A DNA stretch of 64,000 nucleotides from a candidate division WOR-3 bacterium (lineage in GTDB: Bacteria; Hydrothermota; 32-111). Under the pieces are notes generated by a model. It saw only the letters and a list, made by a program, of their open reading frames with translations, was not told the origin of the DNA and did not search any database. The stretch spans positions 677,101 to 741,100 of the forward strand of contig JBDRZU010000001.1 of assembly GCA_039804105.1 (NCBI GenBank). Reading direction: 5' to 3'. Below, piece after piece: positions 56,934 to 64,000 of the stretch (position 1 is the first letter of the stretch; every line of letters begins with the position of its first letter). The position numbers and the translations under genes are program-made.

Positions 56934-57611
56934 TTATTTCAAACTTTGTAAAATTTTTTCAACCATCTTCTGTGATTGGCTTGGACCTATGATCATCGAT
57001 GATGCCTTCGAAAATCTTTTCAAAAATTCATCGAGTTTATTCTGATTGAGATTTTTTATATCAAGTTTCATCTCTGTAATAATATTGTTGATTATGTCAT
57101 CAGCAAAATCTTCAAGGAACTCTGCTGCAATTTTTTTAATCTTGTTAAAAGATTGATCATCTATTTTTAAAGTTGGAACACTCTCCTCTTTTTCGACAGT
57201 TTTTTCTTTTACATCTTCTTTTACCGGTTGTGCAGGTTTGATCACTATCTTTTTCTTATCTTTTAAAGCGACTTTTACTTTCCCTTCCTTTTCCTCTTCA
57301 ACAACCTCTTTTTCTGCGATTTCTGCAAAATCTATACTATCAACTGAAACATTTTTGTTAACTATGATTCCAAAAAAAGAATTGTTTTTTTGAAAAAATA
57401 CTATTTTTTTATTTTCATTCTGAAATTCAATTTTTTCAACTCTCGAAACATTTGCAGCATCAAGAGATTGTTTCAATACAACTATCACCTGTTTTACAAC
57501 ATCATCAGTATATCCAACGATTCCGGTCTTTGAAATCGTTTCGTTTTCATTTGAGAACACGAAATCAGCGTTGAATTTTTCCCTTATTTTCTCAATATTG
57601 TACCCCATCAC
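56934..57611 (-). CDS. Roadblock/LC7 (MglB)-like N-domain protein with charged linker and helical C-domain
   Basis: The N-terminal 100 aa have a Robl-like alternating pattern (GIVGYTDDV..., IEFQNENKKIVFFQKNNSFFGIIV). The C-terminus resembles that of the neighbouring paralogue. Confidence 0.35.
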   Translation of the reverse strand: MMGYNIEKIREKFNADFVFSNENETISKTGIVGYTDDVVKQVIVVLKQSLDAANVSRVEKIEFQNENKKIVFFQKNNSFFGIIVNKNVSVDSIDFAEIAEKEVVEEEKEGKVKVALKDKKKIVIKPAQPVKEDVKEKTVEKEESVPTLKIDDQSFNKIKKIAAEFLEDFADDIINNIITEMKLDIKNLNQNKLDEFLKRFSKASSMIIGPSQSQKMVEKILQSLK

Positions 57612-57618
57612 TTCCCCC

Positions 57619-58389
57619 TTACCTTTTACTCAATTTTTCAATAACATTCTGAACCATCTTTTTTGCTTCAGATGCTCCATAAACCTCAACCGCTTTTTTA
57701 CAAACTCCATCGATCAAAACTTTTGTTGTTCTCTGGATATCATCTCTACTGATCTCAACAGGAACTACATCCTTTACATCAATTTTATCTTTGATATCGA
57801 GTGCTTTTTCAAGAATATCAACACTTGAAAGGTTTTCTTTAATGAAATTGTTCCAGATCTTTCGATCTCCACCTTGTGAAAACTCATCCACAAGATAGTT
57901 CAACTGTAAAACTTTTGAAATTAAAAGTTTCCTTTCAATTTCACCTAATCTGTTGACTTCCTGTGTTTGAAATTCCTGTTTGGGTGAATTAAAGGTTTGC
58001 TCAACAACTGGTTCTTTTATAGGTTCACTTTCAACTATCTTTGGCTCCTCAACTATTTTTGTAGTTTCAAAAATATTTTTGAATTCATTGTAAAACTTAT
58101 CGATTTCAACTTCCCCATTGATTTTAAAAAGTAGAAACTCACTTTTCTGAGAAATTAGAATAAGATTGTTACCATCAACTTTCATAAAGGAAATCAAAGG
58201 ATAGTTCATCTGAAACTTTTTAAATATAACATCACCAGCAGAACCAAGAAATGCTCCAATATCACCAAGATTTGCTGGTTGTTCTCCGAATTTTTCAAGT
58301 ACCGTCCCATCCTCTTTGTTCAACCTCATAGCCCCAAATATGGGAACAAGGTTCTTCAATTTTTCAACTATTTCAGAAAGTCCCATCAC
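57619..58389 (-). CDS. Roadblock/LC7 (MglB)-like N-domain protein with linker and helical C-domain
   Basis: LSEIVEKLKNLVPIFGAMRLNKEDGTVLEKFGE...ISFMKVDGNNLILISQKSEFLLFKI fits the Robl/MglB pattern. Confidence 0.45.
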   Translation of the reverse strand: MMGLSEIVEKLKNLVPIFGAMRLNKEDGTVLEKFGEQPANLGDIGAFLGSAGDVIFKKFQMNYPLISFMKVDGNNLILISQKSEFLLFKINGEVEIDKFYNEFKNIFETTKIVEEPKIVESEPIKEPVVEQTFNSPKQEFQTQEVNRLGEIERKLLISKVLQLNYLVDEFSQGGDRKIWNNFIKENLSSVDILEKALDIKDKIDVKDVVPVEISRDDIQRTTKVLIDGVCKKAVEVYGASEAKKMVQNVIEKLSKR

Positions 58390-59266
58390 TCACCCCTTCT
58401 TTATTTAAAAGTTCCCTGTATTTTTTCTTTGCTATCATACCACCAAGTTCTTCGATACCTTTTTCAAGGACCTTTTCAAAAAGAATTTTTTTCATATTTC
58501 TAATCTTCGCTTCATCCAAAAATCTGTCAGCACTTTCATCTATTTCAATCGTTTCATCTTTAAATTTTAAAAGACCTCCAATAGTTTCGAATCCAGAATT
58601 TGTTAAAACGTCTACTATGAAATGGAACCAATCCTTTGTGTTTGTGTTTTTGACTGCAAAAGTATCAAGGATATTGTTTAAACTTTGTTTGAATTCGTTC
58701 CTGATCTTTTCGACAAACGATTTATCAAAGATGAGTCCTTTTGAGATTAAATACTCGAGAGATTTATACGATTCAAGCAGAGGGAGATTGCTTTCCTTGA
58801 TTATTGTTCTTATATTCTTTTTACCATCAACTATTCTTATTATAACCCAATCAGTTTTTCTTAAACTTATATTATCCCCAAGCCCTTCAGCCCTTTTTTC
58901 AAGAACAGCATCAAATGATGGTAACCTTTTGAGTATATCATCGAATTCCATCCTTCTTTTTTCTATCTGATCCATCAAGGATGATGTATTCGACTGTGTA
59001 ATTGATACTTCATCTGTTGTTTCCCCATTTCTATACATAACAGTCCCAATCTTCTCAATAGAAAGGTTGTACAATGCCTCTTCGCCTGTAAAAGAGTTGT
59101 AAACAGCATGCTTTGGTAAACCTTTTTCAAAAAATATTTTTCCCTCTTTATTATCAATCTGAAAAATCAAAACACCTGTTCTCTCCCTCGATGATATCAA
59201 ACTTATAAATTCAACTGGACTGAAGATTTCAAGATTCGCTTTTAAATCTACCTTTTCTTTATCCAT
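58373..59266 (-). CDS. DUF4388/PATAN-like domain protein
   Basis: LEIFSPVEFISLISSRERTGVLIFQIDNKEGKIFFEKGLPKHAVYN matches the DUF4388 pattern. Soluble, 297 aa. Confidence 0.55.
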   Translation of the reverse strand: MDKEKVDLKANLEIFSPVEFISLISSRERTGVLIFQIDNKEGKIFFEKGLPKHAVYNSFTGEEALYNLSIEKIGTVMYRNGETTDEVSITQSNTSSLMDQIEKRRMEFDDILKRLPSFDAVLEKRAEGLGDNISLRKTDWVIIRIVDGKKNIRTIIKESNLPLLESYKSLEYLISKGLIFDKSFVEKIRNEFKQSLNNILDTFAVKNTNTKDWFHFIVDVLTNSGFETIGGLLKFKDETIEIDESADRFLDEAKIRNMKKILFEKVLEKGIEELGGMIAKKKYRELLNKEGVSDGTF

Positions 59267-59994
59267 TCCTCATCCTTATATTTTTGAATTAAATTCTGCA
59301 ACTTTTCATCTTCAAAATCTAATTCAACTTCTTCCCATTCAAAATCTAACTCCCTAAAAAAAATTTTATAAAACACAGAAGATATATTTTCGATATTATA
59401 AGTTAAACCTGTTAAATTTTCAATATTGTTTGAAAAATTTTTTCCATAAATTTTTTCCTGCGGAACAATACTCTCTTTTACAAGAATCGTTCCCTGTTGT
59501 AAAAAATTTGTTTCTGAGAATGTTTGTGCACTTCCAACAATCTTTTCTCCTTTGTAACTGATCTCATAAACCGATTGAGATCCAAAACAGTTTGCGATAA
59601 AGTTTTCCTTTTTTTCTCCCTGTGTTAGTTTCGCATCTATTTTTAACTCTTTAAAACCTTTGATAAAAATTTCTGCTATCCTTTTATACCTGTCTAAAAG
59701 TCCATAATTTTTTCCAAAATGTTCAATGTTTCCAACAAAGGAATATGTCAGATCACCACTATGAAGAACTGCCCTTCCACCCGTTATCCTTCGTGTGATA
59801 TCAATCTTTTCCTTTATAACATAATCATAATCGATACCAACATTGTACCTCTGATTGTATCCTATCGTTATTGAAGGTTTTGAAAATGAATAGAATCTAA
59901 AAAATATTGTATCAATATTTTTATAAGCCCATTCATCTATAGCCATATTTGTATAAACATCAAAAGCAGAGTAATTCAAAAAATAACCTTTCAT
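59248..59994 (-). CDS. lipoate/biotin protein ligase catalytic-fold protein (LplA/LipM-like, single domain)
   Basis: ITRRITGGRAVLHSGDLTYSF and GEKIVGSAQTF (catalytic Lys context). 248 aa with no LplA C-terminal domain. Confidence 0.65.
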   Translation of the reverse strand: MKGYFLNYSAFDVYTNMAIDEWAYKNIDTIFFRFYSFSKPSITIGYNQRYNVGIDYDYVIKEKIDITRRITGGRAVLHSGDLTYSFVGNIEHFGKNYGLLDRYKRIAEIFIKGFKELKIDAKLTQGEKKENFIANCFGSQSVYEISYKGEKIVGSAQTFSETNFLQQGTILVKESIVPQEKIYGKNFSNNIENLTGLTYNIENISSVFYKIFFRELDFEWEEVELDFEDEKLQNLIQKYKDEEWIKKR

Positions 59995-60608
59995 TTTAAA
60001 ATTTTAAGCCAATCAGATAAAAGGAAATAGATTCTTCCAATAAGAAGTGAAATACGTGCCATCACAGTATAACCAAAAGATGCACCGAATGCAACCATGA
60101 TAAAGGTTATTCCTATTTTTGATCCCCATTTTAAAACACCTTTCTGTTCTTTTGAAAAATAGAAATAGATGAGTGTTGTTAAAACTCCAAAAATTATCAA
60201 AAAATTGTTAAAAGTTTCGAAATTGAAACCTGTTATCGTAACAAGTGTTGCTTGAACCTGTGGAAGTATAAATCCCTGTATCGCACCTGTAACACCAAGT
60301 CCAGCTCCAATACCAACTGTAAAAGCGATAGACCATCTTGAAAGCCAAGCAATATTAGGGAACCATCTAGTTAACATGATTATTCCAAAAAATGCAGGAA
60401 TCAACAGAATAAACTCTTTGTTTTTTATCATCGGATCAAGAAGCATTGGTTGTATAACATAAGCCCAAGTATAGATAAGCCAATATCCAGCTGTTATCCC
60501 AACATAGAGATGCTCTGCAAATTTATAGAAAGGGTTATCCTTATACAGAAAAGAATATATAAAAAGGGTCAAACCAGCAGCTATCCATATTCCAATGGTC
60601 GTTCCCAT
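59991..60608 (-). CDS. polytopic membrane protein, unknown family (paralogue of 63402..>64000)
   Basis: 205 aa with about 6 TM helices. Shares LYKDNPFYKFAE, ITFIMVAFGA.FGYT.MAR.SL.IGRI.FLLSDWL with the other copy. Confidence 0.55.
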   Translation of the reverse strand: MGTTIGIWIAAGLTLFIYSFLYKDNPFYKFAEHLYVGITAGYWLIYTWAYVIQPMLLDPMIKNKEFILLIPAFFGIIMLTRWFPNIAWLSRWSIAFTVGIGAGLGVTGAIQGFILPQVQATLVTITGFNFETFNNFLIIFGVLTTLIYFYFSKEQKGVLKWGSKIGITFIMVAFGASFGYTVMARISLLIGRIYFLLSDWLKILK

Positions 60609-61444
60609 TATTTTCCTCCTTCTTTACTTTTTGTTCTCTTCTCTATGAAATACGCTATATTTCCTAAAATGATGAAAAGTATTATAACAAGATGAGAATA
60701 TGATTGCGATGCCATTCCAGCAACAGCAATATCAGGTTTACCAACAAGCACTTCATATTCAGCAGCTCCCTTCATTCCACCGACAAGTCCAACGATCTGG
60801 CCTGACTGATAGAAATAGTAAGCATCTGGAGCAGAAACAGCATTTAAAGCGAGTGCTATTTTCTGTTTGAATCTTCCTCCAGCATATTCGATCCAGACAA
60901 GATATGTTGCTCCTGCCTCAAGACCAACAAGAAGTGCTATATCGTTATAGTTATGCACATTCTTCATCATCGGGAAAGAATCGAGTGGAACATTTCGATA
61001 ATCAACTTTGAAATAATCTCTTATTTCCTTTCCAATTCCAACAATCTGTGCAACATATCCGGGTCTATAACCAAGGTTAATATAATCGACTCCATAAACA
61101 GCACCCATCTCCTTAGCAATCTTTTCAAGACCCATAGTTCCAAGGGGTGCTCCCAACTGCCATTGGACTATTAGTATAGGTTTCAGTTTATTTCTAAAAA
61201 GTTGTCTTAAAAGTGCTTCTAAAAATGGTTGTTGTTCAGGCATCGATGCTGCATCATAATCAATAGATATCATCACATTGCTACCTTCTGGTAAATTTTC
61301 GATATAATCATAAACATCCTTAACAGGTTTTGATGGAACAACTGGAAATTTTGGTTTCAAAAGTAAAGGAAGAATAACAACAATTGCAATGAATATATAT
61401 ATGAATCTTCTATCGACCTTTAAAAGTTTTAAAAAGATATTCAT
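60608..61444 (-). CDS. bitopic protein (N- and C-terminal TM helices flanking a ~220-aa soluble domain), unknown family
   Basis: 278 aa. I recognised no motif. Confidence 0.5.
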   Translation of the reverse strand: MNIFLKLLKVDRRFIYIFIAIVVILPLLLKPKFPVVPSKPVKDVYDYIENLPEGSNVMISIDYDAASMPEQQPFLEALLRQLFRNKLKPILIVQWQLGAPLGTMGLEKIAKEMGAVYGVDYINLGYRPGYVAQIVGIGKEIRDYFKVDYRNVPLDSFPMMKNVHNYNDIALLVGLEAGATYLVWIEYAGGRFKQKIALALNAVSAPDAYYFYQSGQIVGLVGGMKGAAEYEVLVGKPDIAVAGMASQSYSHLVIILFIILGNIAYFIEKRTKSKEGGK

Positions 61445-61453
61445 AATGACTCC

Positions 61454-62092
61454 TTATGAAAGATAACTTCTTTCAATACCTAAAATTATTCTTATTGAAA
61501 CACCCAAAGCACCGAGAGAAATTCCAAGTCCAATTCCTCTTTTTGCAGCCATCTGCGGAACCTGCATGATCCATTCCGTGAACTTTGGAAGATAAGGTGA
61601 AATCTGTTCTCCCAGAGGAACTCTTCCAAGCATAACTATTATCGCTGTTATCAGAAGAAGTGTAGCATCAAAATTTCTCGCTCTAAAAGCTCTATATGCA
61701 GCTGATGCTATAAAGAATGCAAGAAGAGAAAACATAGTTGCCTGAAGTGGAACTATAAAATAGTTGTATATGTATGTAAAATATGACTTATCATCAAACG
61801 CTGTTCCAAACCTGACAGTTTCAACTATTCCAACAACAACTGTAGCAACAAAACCAAAAATCAACACAAGAGAAAAAAACCAGTTCTCATCTTTTCTTTT
61901 GACTTTTCTAAAATGCATCCCTATCAAAGAATCAACTCCAAGAAGCATTGTAAAACCTGCTATTATCGAATACCAGTTCAAAGAAATTTTTTCTATGTCA
62001 CCAAAAGGTTTATGTGGAATAAAAAAAGAAACTATCATAATCATACCAACAAGAAAGGTTATAAAAATCGGTATACCTTTTCCTTTTAACAT
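61454..62092 (-). CDS. polytopic membrane protein, unknown family
   Basis: 212 aa with about 6 TM helices. I recognised no motif. Confidence 0.5.
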   Translation of the reverse strand: MLKGKGIPIFITFLVGMIMIVSFFIPHKPFGDIEKISLNWYSIIAGFTMLLGVDSLIGMHFRKVKRKDENWFFSLVLIFGFVATVVVGIVETVRFGTAFDDKSYFTYIYNYFIVPLQATMFSLLAFFIASAAYRAFRARNFDATLLLITAIIVMLGRVPLGEQISPYLPKFTEWIMQVPQMAAKRGIGLGISLGALGVSIRIILGIERSYLS

Positions 62093-62103
62093 TTATCCTC
62101 CTA

Positions 62104-63393
62104 CTAAACCTGTAACAAGTTTATCAACCAATCGAATAGATTTTTTATTATTTCAATCCTCAACCCATATCCTAAAACTGAAAAAACAAAACCTATTATG
62201 ATCAAAAACATTATAAAAACTTTTAAAAGATCTTCTGCTGCTATTGAACCAAGCATCATCGGCTCTTTCTGCAAATAAACTGATGCAGCCATCATCTCTT
62301 CACCTATAAGAGTGTAATCACAAGCTGCTACAAAGAATGGTAACTGTGCTGTTTCAGTTGTTCCAGATATCTGAATCGCTCCTATCGAATGCCCGGTTTC
62401 AGCAAGGATCAAAGATTCCGCAAAGAAAAGACCCTGTAAAAATACAGCACCAGGTTTTTCTCTCATCATCATACCATCAACTCCTGCAGCGTATCCAAAT
62501 TGATCCTGAGTTATATACATTATATCGTTTTTATTGTATAGATCTGGTCTCCCAGCCTCAGTAAATGCCTCCTTCACAACTTCCTGTGCTGTTGTCATAA
62601 CAACTGGATCATATGATGGAACAAGAATCCTCGTTTCATAATCAGCAACCTTTTTCGCTACTCTTCCAAGTATCGTTAGACCTGCTATAGTGGGTATATC
62701 TGTGACATATCCTATTCCAAGAATATACATTATAGGTTTTCCCATTTCAGTACTTCTTCCAACTGCCTCTTCAACAGCATCAAGTCCGTTTATTTTTCTT
62801 ATATAAAGATCTTTTCCACTCTTTGCAAGATTCAAATAGTATAAGAAAACAAAAGCGATTATGATCAAAGAAACCAGAACAGGTATCCTAGAAAGGTTAA
62901 ACCATGATGATTTTGAAAATATTGCTTCTGTTTCTCCTGTTATGTAAAAAGTATCGTTTCCAAAAATATATACACCATTTTTCGAATATTCTGATCCGTT
63001 TGAAATCAATTTGTTTAAAAACTCTTCGTTGATCATATTTTTACTTAAAATTCCTGTATAGTAATAATTTGTATTATCTTTTACCCTTGAAGGTTCCTCT
63101 TCAGAACTCACATCTCTCACCTGCATTGAAGATACAAGAAGATCAGTTGCAACAACAATAACATTGTTTGAATCATCCCTTCTTAAAACTGTCAAAAACC
63201 AGTTTCCCAAAGTATCGGGGAAACACCAGTTGATCTGGATTCCTCCACCACCATCGTTTGGTATATCGTTCCCTGTAAGTTTAAAATCCAAAAAAGGGTT
63301 TTGATTTTCTAAAAAGATTAAACTATCACTTTCCTGAGAAAAGAGTAAAATTGAAAAAACTAAAAAAATCAAAAGAAGGGTTTTTTTTAACAC
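62104..63393 (-). CDS. membrane protein with secreted N-domain and large C-terminal domain, unknown family
   Basis: 429 aa: signal peptide, an extracytoplasmic domain of about 150 aa, a TM helix, a conserved-looking globular region (GKPIMYILGIGYVTDIPTIAGLTILGRVA...), and a terminal TM helix. Confidence 0.5.
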   Translation of the reverse strand: MLKKTLLLIFLVFSILLFSQESDSLIFLENQNPFLDFKLTGNDIPNDGGGGIQINWCFPDTLGNWFLTVLRRDDSNNVIVVATDLLVSSMQVRDVSSEEEPSRVKDNTNYYYTGILSKNMINEEFLNKLISNGSEYSKNGVYIFGNDTFYITGETEAIFSKSSWFNLSRIPVLVSLIIIAFVFLYYLNLAKSGKDLYIRKINGLDAVEEAVGRSTEMGKPIMYILGIGYVTDIPTIAGLTILGRVAKKVADYETRILVPSYDPVVMTTAQEVVKEAFTEAGRPDLYNKNDIMYITQDQFGYAAGVDGMMMREKPGAVFLQGLFFAESLILAETGHSIGAIQISGTTETAQLPFFVAACDYTLIGEEMMAASVYLQKEPMMLGSIAAEDLLKVFIMFLIIIGFVFSVLGYGLRIEIIKNLFDWLINLLQV

Positions 63394-63401
63394 CTCTCCT
63401 C

Positions 63402-64000
63402 CTATTTAATAATTCCAAGCCAATCGGACAGAAGAAACTGTATTCTACCGATGAAAAGGGAAACTCTCGCCATAATAGTGTATCCGAACGCTGCACCAAA
63501 TGCAACCATTATGAATGTGATTCCAGCTTTCGAAACCTTTCCAATAAAACCTTTATGTTCGAGTGAAAAGAAAAAATAAACAAGAGTTGAAATAACTCCA
63601 ACAACTATGATCAAACTTCCAATATCAAGTTTTAATGGCATTGTGGCATAAATCTGTTTAAAAAGAAATTCAAAAGAGGATGGAACGGAAAGCCCTGTTC
63701 CAGCACCAACAACAAAAGCTATTGGTATTCTTGAAAGATATGCAACATTTTTGAAAAATCTTGAAAACATCAAAAGACCTAAAACAAGTGGTATCAGAAC
63801 AAGAAAATTTTTATCATAAACAAGTGGATTGAAAACTTTTGTGATTATCGTGTTATGCCAGTAAACCGATATTCCATAACCTATAGAGATTCCAACAAGA
63901 AGGTATTCTGCAAACTTATAGAAAGGATTATCTTTATATAAAAATGAATAGATTGCAAGAGTGAGTAATGCAGCTATCCATACCCAGAAATTCGTTGATA
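63402..64000 (-). CDS. polytopic membrane protein, paralogue of 59991..60608 (5' end just beyond window)
   Basis: The tracked ORF begins at an internal Met. The frame stays open to the window edge and reads STNFWVWIAALLTLAIYSFLYKDNPFYKFAEYLLVG..., colinear with the N-terminus of the paralogue. Confidence 0.6.
   Translation of the reverse strand, partial: STNFWVWIAALLTLAIYSFLYKDNPFYKFAEYLLVGISIGYGISVYWHNTIITKVFNPLVYDKNFLVLIPLVLGLLMFSRFFKNVAYLSRIPIAFVVGAGTGLSVPSSFEFLFKQIYATMPLKLDIGSLIIVVGVISTLVYFFFSLEHKGFIGKVSKAGITFIMVAFGAAFGYTIMARVSLFIGRIQFLLSDWLGIIK

Noticed and set aside
1048-62564. The many 60-170-aa ORFs in the track lying antisense or out of frame inside longer genes (e.g. 1048..1314, 7304..7681, 20885..21397, 25745..26143, 41592..41945, 61764..62201)
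   Set aside because: Each is fully contained in a longer ORF with recognisable protein-family motifs. Their translations are Ser/Phe/Ile/Leu-rich, as expected from the reverse complement of AT-rich coding sequence.
1-64000. Search for CRISPR arrays, IS elements, integrases, prophage or toxin-antitoxin/restriction-type defence genes
   Set aside because: By eye there are no direct-repeat/spacer arrays, no DDE or tyrosine/serine recombinase motifs, no terminal inverted repeats and no nuclease/methylase signatures. The tRNA genes are not flanked by integrase-like ORFs.
1-64000. Alternative genetic code (e.g. UGA or UAG reassignment)
   Set aside because: Conserved housekeeping proteins (AlaS, AspS, PolA, HslU) are full length under the standard code, and all three stop codons terminate genes at the expected positions.

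Overview
AT-rich, very gene-dense bacterial chromosomal segment with about 75 genes. All but five lie on the minus strand, and most junctions overlap or are under 15 nt. Lnt, BamD, OmpA-domain and ExbB/ExbD/TonB genes indicate a diderm cell. SpoVG, DivIVA and a PcrB/GGGPS homologue are compatible with an uncultured FCB-superphylum-like lineage, but that is only a guess. Most of the window is housekeeping: aspS, hisS, gltX, alaS, polA, hslVU, def, nadD, purN, lnt, dapF, argF, prs, ispE, rpsF-ssb-rpsR-rplI, ctc, rpsT, and three tRNAs (Glu-CUC, Gln-CUG, Gln-UUG). I found no transposase, integrase, CRISPR array, prophage or recognisable defence genes. Five things deserve a second look. (1) An 11-gene, gap-free minus-strand cluster (56187..>64000) encodes five unrecognised membrane proteins (with a duplicated flanking paralogue), a lipoate/biotin-ligase-fold protein, a DUF4388/PATAN-like protein, two Roadblock/MglB-like proteins and two small membrane proteins; it sits directly upstream of exbB-exbD-exbD-tonB. 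(2) A ferredoxin, geranylgeranyl reductase and GGGP-synthase module is coupled to ispE, suggesting archaeal-type ether-lipid chemistry. The ferredoxin ORF is too short for the ORF track. (3) pth is split by a frameshift in a T9 homopolymer. (4) gltX is followed 3 nt after its stop codon by tRNA-Glu and tRNA-Gln. (5) There is a GGDEF/P-loop/TPR fusion protein. All functional calls come from reading motifs in the supplied translations; no database search was possible.
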